DNA of 64,000 nt from an uncultured SAR86 cluster bacterium (GTDB lineage Bacteria; Pseudomonadota; Gammaproteobacteria; Magnimaribacterales; D2472), in the NCBI GenBank assembly GCA_964275585.1, contig CAXYCJ010000006.1, positions 83,387-147,386 on the forward strand, written 5' to 3'. A model generated the notes under the pieces. That model saw nothing but the letters and a program-made list of their open reading frames with translations, had not been told where the DNA came from and searched no databases. The position numbers were made by a program, and so were the translations under genes. Below are positions 9,666 through 18,900 of this stretch, one piece after another (within the stretch, counting starts at the first letter, position 1; each line of letters starts with the position of its first letter).

Positions 9666-10592
9666 ATGCGTCGTTTTTTTAAACTTTTCTCAACTTCTAG
9701 GAAAAAAACTAAATACGTTTTGTCTTTTGATGGGGGTGGTGTCCGAGCAATAGCAGCCGTAGTTTTTTTAAAGCAGCTAGAGGTTGCTTCTGGGAAGAGA
9801 ATTTTTGATATCTTTGATTTTTTTATTGGCACAAGTGCTGGCGGAATTAATGCATTGAACATTGGCGGCAGAGGCCTAAGTTGTTTTGATCTTGAGGATT
9901 TTTGGTCAAAAGATAATCTAAAGAAAACCATGTCTAAATCCTTTTGGGATACTGCTTCCTTCCTGCAAACCAAGCCCAAGTATGATGGAAAAGGTAAAAG
10001 GGAAGTTTTGCTTAACTATTTTCAAGATCTTTCGCTTGGAGAATCAAAGAAACCCGTTGCAGTTTTGGCTTATGATGTCGAGAATAGAAAGCCTCGTTTG
10101 TTAAGTTCATATGATTCTCCTGGTATTAAGATGGTTAGTGCGGCAAGTGCAACAAGTGCAGCACCCATCTATTACTCCACTCAAGAAATTGATGATGGAA
10201 CCTGGTTAATAGACGGCGGAATTGTTGCCAACAATCCATCTTTACTAGGCTATTCAGAGGCTAGAAAACTTTTTCCAGGCCATCAAATTAAAGTTTTGAG
10301 CATTGGCACGGGGATTAATCGCCGCAAGATAAATGGGAAGCATTCTGCTAAATGGGGTGCCTTAAATTGGTTTAATCACGATATTTTAGGGGTGATGCTG
10401 GAATCCAGTGTGTTTGATGAAATAGCCACTGACTTGATGGGAGAAGACTATTTAAGGATTAATTCACCAACAGGACTAGTGAACAGAAGAATGGATGATA
10501 GTTCAGGCGTTAATCTTGAAAGGATTCATCTAATGGGAATGCATTGGTGGTCTGAGTTTGGCGAGCATACGGAAGAATTCTTAAATCTCTAA
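9666..10592 (+). CDS. Patatin-like phospholipase
   Basis: GGGVRA oxyanion motif, GTSAGG (GxSxG nucleophile), DGG catalytic Asp motif. Confidence 0.85.
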   Translation: MRRFFKLFSTSRKKTKYVLSFDGGGVRAIAAVVFLKQLEVASGKRIFDIFDFFIGTSAGGINALNIGGRGLSCFDLEDFWSKDNLKKTMSKSFWDTASFLQTKPKYDGKGKREVLLNYFQDLSLGESKKPVAVLAYDVENRKPRLLSSYDSPGIKMVSAASATSAAPIYYSTQEIDDGTWLIDGGIVANNPSLLGYSEARKLFPGHQIKVLSIGTGINRRKINGKHSAKWGALNWFNHDILGVMLESSVFDEIATDLMGEDYLRINSPTGLVNRRMDDSSGVNLERIHLMGMHWWSEFGEHTEEFLNL

Positions 10593-10658
10593 TTTATTAA
10601 GTTTTATCTAAAAAAATGCTGTACACTTCATTTTTGTTTTTTATTAGAAAGGAATTAT

Positions 10659-10901
10659 ATGAATATTTATGTTGGAAACCTCCCATGGAGTATTGATGAC
10701 TCAGGTCTTGAGCAAGTTTTTGCTGAACATGGAACTGTAACATCGGCTAGAGTTATCACGGATCGTCAAACTAACCGCTCACGCGGGTTTGGTTTTGTTG
10801 AAATGTCTGATGGCGGCGAAAATGCCATTCAAGCATTGAACGATGCTGAAGTTGACGGTAGAAAATTAGTTGTTAACGAGTCTCGTCCAAGAGACGAATA
10901 G
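10659..10901 (+). CDS. RRM-type RNA-binding protein (copy 1)
   Basis: 80 aa. RNP-2 IYVGNL and RNP-1 RGFGFVEM. Confidence 0.9.
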   Translation: MNIYVGNLPWSIDDSGLEQVFAEHGTVTSARVITDRQTNRSRGFGFVEMSDGGENAIQALNDAEVDGRKLVVNESRPRDE

Positions 10902-10912
10902 GAAGGATTTAT

Positions 10913-11152
10913 ATGAATATTTACGTAGGAAATCTCCCTTGGAGTATAGATAGCTCAGGTCTCGAGCAAGTTTTTGCTGAACACGGTACCGTAACCTCTG
11001 CTAAAGTTGTCACTGATCGTGAGACTAATCGCTCACGTGGGTTTGGTTTTGTTGAAATGTCTGATGGCGGAGAAAATGCCATTCAAGCATTGAACGATGC
11101 TGAAGTTGACGGTAGAAAATTAGTCGTTAACGAGTCTCGTCCTAGAGATTAA
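10913..11152 (+). CDS. RRM-type RNA-binding protein (copy 2, tandem paralog)
   Basis: 79 aa. Four aa substitutions relative to copy 1, with the same RNP motifs. Own Shine-Dalgarno (GGAAGGA). Confidence 0.9.
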   Translation: MNIYVGNLPWSIDSSGLEQVFAEHGTVTSAKVVTDRETNRSRGFGFVEMSDGGENAIQALNDAEVDGRKLVVNESRPRD

Positions 11153-11156
11153 TTTT

Positions 11157-11435
11157 ATGGGCTACCTTGGGTTAGTTGGATTATTTGGTCTAATTGGCTT
11201 AACAGGTCTGCTCAACAAAGTACATCCAGCTCAATCCGGAAGCTCAATAAGATTATTGGGCTTGCTGGGTTTGCTTGGTTTAGTAGCATTGTTGGTAGAT
11301 ATCCCACTTGGTGCCTGCGGTGCTTTTGGTGCTTTGGGAGTTTGGAACCATCAAAACACATCCATTGCCCGTTTAGCTCATTTCGGCTGGCTTGGGTTTA
11401 TTGGCCTCCTGCAGACAATTAGCTTTTATCTTTAG
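11157..11435 (+). CDS. Small glycine-zipper membrane protein (GLxGLxGL repeats, C-terminal WLGFIGLL)
   Basis: 92 aa. Starts 4 nt after the second RRM gene. Repeated G-L-x-G-L periodicity. Family assignment (WGxxGxxG-like) is tentative. Confidence 0.45.
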   Translation: MGYLGLVGLFGLIGLTGLLNKVHPAQSGSSIRLLGLLGLLGLVALLVDIPLGACGAFGALGVWNHQNTSIARLAHFGWLGFIGLLQTISFYL

Positions 11436-11799
11436 TAGCCAGGATTAGTAATCCTGCGGCAATTGCTAAATTCTTAACAAAATTTTGTATTTCATCTGGA
11501 TCTCCTGCGACTGACCAGAAGTCATGGATGTAGATATTTATTAAAATAGTCAGACCAAATAAAAGCAAAGAAGAAACCCTAAGGCTCTTACCAAGAACTA
11601 AAAATATTCCTCCTATAATCTGTACCGCTATAGTTATGGGCAGCAAGACAGAGCTAAATGGAACACCTTTTGAGATCATCAAGGTTAATGTTCCTGCAAA
11701 ATCGAATATCTTACTTGCCCCAGGAATAATAAAGTAGAGCCCAAGTAAAGTTCTTCCAACAGTAAAATACAAAGTATCAAATTTTTTTAAGGATTGCAT
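11419..11799 (-). CDS. DoxX family membrane protein
   Basis: 126 aa with four predicted transmembrane segments. N-terminal RTLLGLYFIIPGASKI is typical of DoxX. Confidence 0.65.
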   Translation of the reverse strand: MQSLKKFDTLYFTVGRTLLGLYFIIPGASKIFDFAGTLTLMISKGVPFSSVLLPITIAVQIIGGIFLVLGKSLRVSSLLLFGLTILINIYIHDFWSVAGDPDEIQNFVKNLAIAAGLLILATKDKS

Positions 11800-11868
11800 T
11801 TTTTGCCTATTATAAAGTGCGTTTGTAGATTAATATTATCCTCAAATAGTTTTTATACAATAGGAGAG

Positions 11869-12675
11869 ATGATGCAGAATTTAAATAGATTTTCTTTAAA
11901 ATTTCTAGCGTTGATATGTTTTGCTTGGAGTCCGCTTGGTTTTACAGATAGTGCATTAAAGATGGCAATTAATAACACTGATCGGAATCCAGCTTACACT
12001 GCTAGAGATCAATCTCGGCATCCTTATGAAACACTTTCATTTTTTAGGATTAATTCTTCAATGAATGTTTTAGAGCTTGCAGCTGGAGGAGGTTGGTACA
12101 CAGAAATTCTAGCTCCATACTTGCATGACTCTGGCAAGTTAACAGTCACTCATTACAATCCAGATGCAGGAGAGTATCAAAAGCGCTCTAGGGATAAATA
12201 TGACTCAAAGGTAGCATCTAATAAACTTTTTAGAGGGGTAAAGGTTATGACTGGAGATGTTCCTCCCAAGCAACCATATGCTGAGCCTGGCTCACATGAT
12301 TTAGTCTTAACTTTCAGAAACCTACATAATTGGTATGCACGTGATGCAATGAAAAATGTTATGGATGAAGCCTTTAATGCGCTTAAGACTGGAGGTTATT
12401 TTGGGGTCGTAGAGCATAGAGCACCTGAAGGTTCTAGCGTTGAATTTATGAAAACAAGTGGGTATGTTACCCAGTCTTTGGCTATTCAGGTTGCAGAAAG
12501 TGCTGGTTTTAAGCTAGTAGACACTTCTGAAATTAACGCTAATCCTCGAGACACAAAGGATTATCCAAAAGGGGTATGGACATTACCTCCATCATATCGG
12601 TTGAAAGACGAGAATAAATCTACGTATCAGACAATTGGTGAATCAGATAGGATGACTCTTTTGTTTAAGAAGTAA
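11869..12675 (+). CDS. Secreted class I SAM-dependent methyltransferase-fold protein
   Basis: The ATG at 11869 is preceded by AGGAGA, followed by a signal-peptide-like N-terminus. Motif I LELAAGGGWY. The upstream extension to 11794 in the ORF track is unlikely. Confidence 0.65.
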   Translation: MMQNLNRFSLKFLALICFAWSPLGFTDSALKMAINNTDRNPAYTARDQSRHPYETLSFFRINSSMNVLELAAGGGWYTEILAPYLHDSGKLTVTHYNPDAGEYQKRSRDKYDSKVASNKLFRGVKVMTGDVPPKQPYAEPGSHDLVLTFRNLHNWYARDAMKNVMDEAFNALKTGGYFGVVEHRAPEGSSVEFMKTSGYVTQSLAIQVAESAGFKLVDTSEINANPRDTKDYPKGVWTLPPSYRLKDENKSTYQTIGESDRMTLLFKK

Positions 12676-13324
12676 CTTTCTTTTGAGTCGTAAAAAATAA
12701 TACAACTCCTGACAAAGAACTTATAAGAGCAAGTACAGAAAAAATTTTCATTAATAGATTATTAATATTGTCTCTTTCTATGTAGTCCATTATATGGAGA
12801 CTCCACATGAAATCCCATATTCTCCAGCCAGAGGATCTTATGGCCACAATTTCTCCAGTCATACCATCTACGTAGGCATTAATATTTTTTTTATGATCTG
12901 TTATGACCTGAAAAAGGGGCAAATTTCTTCCTCTATATTCAGAGCCGCGAGGAGTTTCAAAGATTTCTTGTGCGGAAATAGAGTTAAGGGATGTTTTGGT
13001 ATCAACAATCTCCATTGCTTGAATTGAATCAATGGGCTGGACTGCCAAGCCGGCAGTATCTTTGTATATTATTCCTTCTTTTGTTTCAATTTTCAGCACC
13101 GGATGACCAAGCCTGATAAATGCTGTAATTGAAGTTGCTTCTAATTTAGGGACGTCTTGAAGATTAAAGACTATTTGTCCATCCTGTGAATTTCTGAGGT
13201 GCTCACCTCTAATCATTTCAATTTTATTGTAAGCAAAATAAATTCCAGAGATAGTCCACAGCAGCAATTGCAATGAGATAAAGAGACTCAAGTACTTATG
13301 GATTTTTCGAATTGTCAGCTTCAT
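12665..13324 (-). CDS. PepSY-type membrane protein
   Basis: 219 aa. N-terminal and C-terminal transmembrane helices flank a periplasmic domain. KIHKYLSLFISLQLLLWTISGIYF resembles a PepSY-associated TM helix. Its start overlaps the csoR-like stop by 4 nt. Confidence 0.55.
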   Translation of the reverse strand: MKLTIRKIHKYLSLFISLQLLLWTISGIYFAYNKIEMIRGEHLRNSQDGQIVFNLQDVPKLEATSITAFIRLGHPVLKIETKEGIIYKDTAGLAVQPIDSIQAMEIVDTKTSLNSISAQEIFETPRGSEYRGRNLPLFQVITDHKKNINAYVDGMTGEIVAIRSSGWRIWDFMWSLHIMDYIERDNINNLLMKIFSVLALISSLSGVVLFFTTQKKVTS

Positions 13325-13581
13325 CTTTTTAGCAATTTCATTATTTCCTCGACCTTACCATCAAATGATTCTTTCTCATTCAATGACTCTTTTAAGCATG
13401 CCTTAAGGTGCGATTTAAGAATACTCCCCTCAACTGTTATTACTGCATTTTTCACTGCTTTAATTTGATTAAGAATATCTATGCAATATTTACCTTCATT
13501 TATCATGGATTGAACGCCTCTTACCTGACCTTCAATTCTCTTCAGACTTGTAATTTGATCTTTATGATTATTATGTTTCAC
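13321..13581 (-). CDS. CsoR/RcnR/FrmR-family metal-sensing repressor (x-C-H-C fingerprint, CsoR-like)
   Basis: 86 aa all-helical protein. Cys in GKYCIDIL, then His and Cys in KSHLKAC spaced as in Cu(I)-sensing CsoR. Confidence 0.8.
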   Translation of the reverse strand: MKHNNHKDQITSLKRIEGQVRGVQSMINEGKYCIDILNQIKAVKNAVITVEGSILKSHLKACLKESLNEKESFDGKVEEIMKLLKR

Positions 13582-13584
13582 GGC

Positions 13585-13968
13585 TTACAGAAAATATGGA
13601 ACAACGTAAGTAAACATTGATGCAAATATAAAAATACCAGCAGAATAATAATATAAGATTCTTGATCTTTTTCTTGTCTGCATACACAAACGACCCAATT
13701 CAGGGTCAGCTGGGCAGGGCATGTAATAGGTTTTGTAATTTGCATACCCTGCGATAAAAAGCATCACTAAAGCAAAAAAAGTAATGTAAAGAGAGTATCG
13801 CGACAAGGTTATTAAAAATGGAAATGTACTTACCAGGCTTGCAAAACTTGCGCCAGCACCTAGAGCAACAAACATAGCTGGAAGGGCGCAACATACCAAT
13901 GTTGATGATGAGGCAAACAGCGCAAAAAGATTTGCTGTTTTCTCATTGATAACTTGCTCTGATTCCAT
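13585..13968 (-). CDS. MerT-like heavy-metal transport membrane protein
   Basis: 127 aa with 3 transmembrane helices. Vicinal Cys pair in TM1 (LVCCALPA) and a second Cys pair in the TM2-TM3 loop (CPADPELGRLC). This is the MerT arrangement. Confidence 0.55.
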   Translation of the reverse strand: MESEQVINEKTANLFALFASSSTLVCCALPAMFVALGAGASFASLVSTFPFLITLSRYSLYITFFALVMLFIAGYANYKTYYMPCPADPELGRLCMQTRKRSRILYYYSAGIFIFASMFTYVVPYFL

Positions 13969-13970
13969 GA

Positions 13971-14384
13971 CTACATTTTAATTATCTGAAGGTCAGTTGC
14001 ATTTTGACCATTTGAAAGAATCTTCTTTTTAATATCTTCAAAATTTATATTTTTGTCTGGGCTATAAGCAATTAAAACCTTTCCGCCACTCAAATCTACA
14101 TCAACTTTTAGAACTGTTTTATCTTTAATAAAGGTTTTCTCAATTCCTCTTGCGCAAAAATCGCAAACCATTCCACTGACACTGATAACAGCTACCTGTT
14201 TTCCTTTCAGGGTCGATACGAAGCGATCAAATCGCTCTGGATTAACCTTTAAAAGTTTACCATCTACCATCGTGTCGTGAAGATGACCTTCGTGATCATG
14301 GCCTTCCATATCATGCATAGCATGATCTTGAGAGACAGCAGAAATAGACAGCATCATCAGAAATAAATAATAAAAATGTTTCAT
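13971..14384 (-). CDS. Periplasmic heavy-metal-associated (HMA) domain protein with a His-rich N-terminus (MerP/CopZ-like)
   Basis: Signal peptide, His-rich stretch HAMHDMEGHDHEGHLHD, and HMA metal site GMVCDFC. Confidence 0.75.
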   Translation of the reverse strand: MKHFYYLFLMMLSISAVSQDHAMHDMEGHDHEGHLHDTMVDGKLLKVNPERFDRFVSTLKGKQVAVISVSGMVCDFCARGIEKTFIKDKTVLKVDVDLSGGKVLIAYSPDKNINFEDIKKKILSNGQNATDLQIIKM

Positions 14385-14393
14385 ATCTTCTCC

Positions 14394-15044
14394 TTAAAAC
14401 CTATACATTATGTGAATGTCCCATGTTGAGGTATCGCTATACCCAAACTCAACAAGAGCATTCCCCTTAAAAAATTTTAGAACTGGGTACGTATCCCAAT
14501 TACTCGTTAAATCATTCTTCTTAGATTTTAACATCAGCCAGGTGTGAAGATCGCCATATTCTCCAATGTATGGAGCCACACCAACTTGAAGGTATTGCTC
14601 TATATAATCCAATGTCTCCGCCATAGTTTTTTTGTAACCAAATCCTACGAATAATCGTCTAGTCTCCCAATCTCCATGTGCACCATAAAAATAATGATCA
14701 AGGCCATCGGATGATAAGCCAGATTGGAAGTAAAGGTTTCTCTGTGAGTTTTGCGTATTCCGTCGATTTAGTAAGTAGGTAAATCTTAGGTATGAGTAAT
14801 TCGAATTAAAATATTTATCTTTTATGTGCTGAATACCAAGTGAGTACTTGTATGTTGGTGAATAGTGGTAGTAAGCAGAATCTTGCATATTATTTGATAC
14901 CATCATAAATGTGGAGCCACCAGAGTAAGAGATAGGGCGCGCTTCGAGTTGTAAACAATTAAATAATAAGACTAAAGCAGTTAATTCTTTTATACCCATA
15001 GGGGGTATATTAACTCTTAAATTTTTTATGTCAATTAACCTCAT
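14394..15044 (-). CDS. Putative small outer-membrane beta-barrel protein
   Basis: 216 aa. Alternating aromatic/hydrophilic pattern, rich in Y and G, with C-terminal ..MYRF (terminal Phe). First gene of the metal operon. Confidence 0.45.
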   Translation of the reverse strand: MRLIDIKNLRVNIPPMGIKELTALVLLFNCLQLEARPISYSGGSTFMMVSNNMQDSAYYHYSPTYKYSLGIQHIKDKYFNSNYSYLRFTYLLNRRNTQNSQRNLYFQSGLSSDGLDHYFYGAHGDWETRRLFVGFGYKKTMAETLDYIEQYLQVGVAPYIGEYGDLHTWLMLKSKKNDLTSNWDTYPVLKFFKGNALVEFGYSDTSTWDIHIMYRF

Positions 15045-15112
15045 CTACATTGCTTAATTGTGTGCAATCATTACACTTAAATTTAAGTTAATTATTTATT
15101 GGAGACTTTTAA

Positions 15113-15805
15113 ATGAAATATTTATTTACACTGTGCGTTCTTGCTTTTAGCTTTAGCGCTTTCGCAGCGCATCATGAAGAGGGTGAAAACTCAGCTGATA
15201 TGCATTCAAATAGCTTTGTCTATATCTCAACTTATGTTCAGACTGTTGGCAAGAATCCAGAGGTCTTAAAGAAAAATCTTCTAAACAATATTAAGACGTT
15301 AGAAGAAAATGGCTATAACACTTGCGGTATGTTGAGACACCAATTTGGTGGCGAAAGATCCTTTATGACATATTGTTATTTTGATGACTGGGATCAGTTT
15401 GCAAAAATTAACGATAACAATGAACCTTTAGGTGGCAACCCTAGGCAATTATTTGGTGATCATACTGATAAATTAGCTGCAGTACTTGTCCGAAATCTCA
15501 AAAAACCAACGCCTTATGTATTGGAAGCAAAGTACTCTTTTGGTCCTTATCTTTCAAATAATCAAAGAAGAGCAAATGCACAGACACTTTTTGCTGCATA
15601 TGACACAGCTTTTGGTGGCTGCAACATGACAGAGCATATGTGGGGGCCTGAGCTAACATGGAATTTCTACTGTGGATATGACAGTTATGCAGATTGGGCC
15701 AATAAAGTTGAAGCGGTGTCTGCAATTCATGAAGCAGAGATTGCTGATCTGGACCTTGGTGTTTTAAATCACTCAGATCATCTGATGGTTAGAGTGGATA
15801 GATAA
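15113..15805 (+). CDS. Secreted hypothetical protein with an internal two-domain duplication
   Basis: Signal peptide (..SFSAFA/AHHEEG). Two ~100-aa halves share the pattern ..C(G/N)M..H..G.E.....YC.(F/Y)D....(F/W)A. Confidence 0.5.
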   Translation: MKYLFTLCVLAFSFSAFAAHHEEGENSADMHSNSFVYISTYVQTVGKNPEVLKKNLLNNIKTLEENGYNTCGMLRHQFGGERSFMTYCYFDDWDQFAKINDNNEPLGGNPRQLFGDHTDKLAAVLVRNLKKPTPYVLEAKYSFGPYLSNNQRRANAQTLFAAYDTAFGGCNMTEHMWGPELTWNFYCGYDSYADWANKVEAVSAIHEAEIADLDLGVLNHSDHLMVRVDR

Positions 15806-15826
15806 GCGAAATATAAATTAAAAAAA

Positions 15827-15851
15827 AGAGGGCATTTGCCCTCTTTTTTTT
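15827..15851 (+). terminator. Intrinsic terminator
   Basis: AGAGGGC-ATTT-GCCCTCT followed by a T-run, with an A-run upstream (potentially bidirectional). Confidence 0.75.
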
Positions 15852-15914
15852 AGCCTTAATTCTTGTTATGTGTATTCTCCTAAATCCCCTTGTTTAAACG
15901 TTCTTTGTGCATAC

Positions 15915-15951
15915 ATGTATTAAAAATACATATAGTTGACAACATTGTCAA
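15915..15951. promoter_or_regulatory. Two adjacent palindromes (candidate operators) overlapping the promoter of the TonB-dependent receptor gene
   Basis: ATGTATT-AAA-AATACAT (15915-15931) and TTGACAA-CA-TTGTCAA (15936-15951). The second contains a -35-like TTGACA, and GATAAT lies 15 nt downstream. Confidence 0.4.
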
Positions 15952-15999
15952 TTTACGATAATTTCACCTTATACGTATTCTTTTTTTGGTGAAAAAATA

Positions 16000-18900
16000 A
16001 TGAAATTCTTAAAGATTAGCTTTTTAATGGTGTTACCATTTTTTATACTTGCGGACAACCCTGTATCGCCTATGGATGTTGATTCTCCTGAAAGTTCACA
16101 ACCCTTGCCTGAGCCTCAGGTTGAATCAAGAGCCGTGCAAGTTTCTGGTTACGAGACTTCAAGTTCTTACACATCTGATGAACAAGGTGTTGAAGAGGTA
16201 GTTGTCACCGGTATAAGGCGTAGCTTAGAAAGCGCTATCAATATTAAACGTAATAATGTTGGAATTGTAGATGCAATTACCGCAGAGGACTTTGGTAAAT
16301 TCCCTGATGGAAATTTAGCTGAATCCCTAGCAAGAGTTGTTGGTATCGGCATTGATCGAAGTAACGTGGAGGGAGCAAGAGTTGCTGTTCGTGGTTTTGG
16401 GCCCGAGTTAAATCTTGTAACTTTGAATGGGCGTCAAATGCCAACAGTTCCTGGCCAATATGAAGGCGGTAGATCATTTAATTTTGGTGATATTTCCTCT
16501 CATGGAATTGCAGCAGTAGAAGTATATAAATCTGTAAACAGTTCATTGCCCTCAGGCGGCATTGGTGCAGCTGTGAACATGGTTACAACCAAACCATTGG
16601 ATATTAAAGGAACTCTTACTTCTGGCAGCATTAATTCTTTATTTGATTCCAGCAGCAAGGAGTCTTCAAATCCTCTTGAGGCAGCTTTTGTCCATAGTGC
16701 AAATAAAGGAAAATGGGGTTATGCAATCTCAGGATCAATTCAAGAAAGGAACAATAGGGAAGAAGGCACCAGAGAATCAAATTGGATCACAGTAGAAGAT
16801 CAAGCACTTGTAGAGGGTTATTTTAGAGTTGATAAGAATGCAGCTGGCATTAGCAATGGCAACAAACGCGCAGATGGCAAAACCTTCTACCAAGAGCCGA
16901 CCGCATACTTGATTAAGGATAATGATAGAGAAAGAGTGAATGCTCAAGCTTCTGTTCAATATGACTTTGAATCAGCTAGAGCAACGATAGATTACACATA
17001 CTCAAAAGTGGATTTTAGTTCGAATGGTCAAATGTTTGGGTCATGGCTCGGGGGTTGGGGCACAACCTCAGGAACAATTAATGCTAATGGAGCTTACACA
17101 GATGTCACTGTTGGCGGAAGAGGTTATGACCATCAGTTGATTTGGGGAAATACTGAGAGTGAGAACAAATCCTTAGGATTTAATCTAGCTATTGAGTATT
17201 CCGATGCACTCAGTTTTGAGATTGATTATCACAATTCCTCTGCAGAGAAACTAGGAACAGAATTGCCAAATGAAATGGGTTTTGTCACTCCTGCTGATGC
17301 AGTAGTAACTCATAGAAATGGTGGGAGCGATGGTATCAACACTTTTACTTACTCCAAAGATTTTACTGTCGATGATTTTAGTCATTCTGGCTTGTATTAT
17401 AGAGATGCCTCTAAAGAAAATGATATGGAGCAACTTCAAGTGAAAGGAGAGTGGCTTAATCTAGATGGTGGATTTTTAAAATCTATTCAATTTGGTGTTT
17501 CAAACAATGAATCAGAGTTTAGCGATGTTAGATCTGAGCTCAATACTCCGTTGGCTCCAGTAGTTGCGGCTTCCCCAAGTCTCTTTACAAAAACTCCATT
17601 GAATGGCTTTATGGACGGATTCGATCCACGTTTTGGTTCAAGTTATTATTTTGCAATTGATCCTCAGGCTGCAAAAAATGCTTGGCAAGTCAATGTTGGT
17701 CTTTTCAATTCTGGTCCAGTGGACACAAACGATAGAGTTGAAGAAACTTTAGATTCAATCTTTATTCAGGCGGATATGGAATTTACTGTTAATGAAAAAC
17801 CTCTTTTAGTGGTTGCTGGTTTGAGGTATGAAGAGTCAGAGGTTATCTCAACAGGATTAGAATCTACACCAACAAATATTAGGTGGGATATGATTGAAGG
17901 ACTAACTTATTTAACTGGCGGGGCAGTAGACGCACCTAAAATGGGAAGCAGTGATATGGTTTTGCCTTCACTTGCTATGTCGTATGCAATTGAAGAAGAT
18001 AAAATTTTAAGATTTTCAGCCAGTCGCTCTATGGCAAGGCCAAGCCTTCAAGATTTAAGATCATCTCTTTCTTTTGGCAATAAAGACTTTTTCACACCCA
18101 CTGCCTCTGGAGGAAATCCTGGGCTAGAGCCGCTTAAGTCAACAAACTTTGATCTAGCATATGAATGGTATTACGCAGATGGGAGTTATTTCTCTGTGAA
18201 TTACTTCTTTAAAGAAATCGAGGACTTTATCAGCAGTGAAATTTCAACTGGTAACCTCTATGGTTTAACTAACCCAGCTTTTTCAGAAATTGGTCAATAT
18301 GCTCAAAACTGTGTGAATGCCTGGGATGCAGCGGGAAGACCCGATCCAGGATTTCCTGGTGAATGGGGTTCAAATGACTGCGTTTCTCAGCAAGCTTTGT
18401 GGGCTCAAAGTTGGATGACTCCTCAGCAGCATATGGGATGGGTTGCGTTAGCTATGAGTCGAGGGATAGATGTTTCAGGTGGATTTCCATATGGTGCATG
18501 TGATTACGATGGGTGGTGGAGATGTGAGCCTGGATACATTGATGGAACTGCAAGCGATCCAGCTGCTAACTTTCAAATTACTAGACCAGCTAATTTAGAA
18601 ACAGGCGATGTTGATGGTTTTGAAGTTGTGCTTCAGCATTTATTTGCTGATACTGGTTTCGGTGCTCAGCTTAATGCAACTATTGTTAACGGTGGTGATG
18701 TAGATGTTGACACCACTAAGATTGGAAGACAATTTATTTTGCCGGGTCTGGGTGATTCAGGCAATGCATCAGTTTTCTATGAAGATGATAAAATTACAGC
18801 TCGAATTGCATTAAATAGAAGGGGCGAAACCATTGTAGGATTTGGTAACTATGACCAACCGCTATATGTAATGGAAAGAGATCAAATTGATGCCTCTTTC

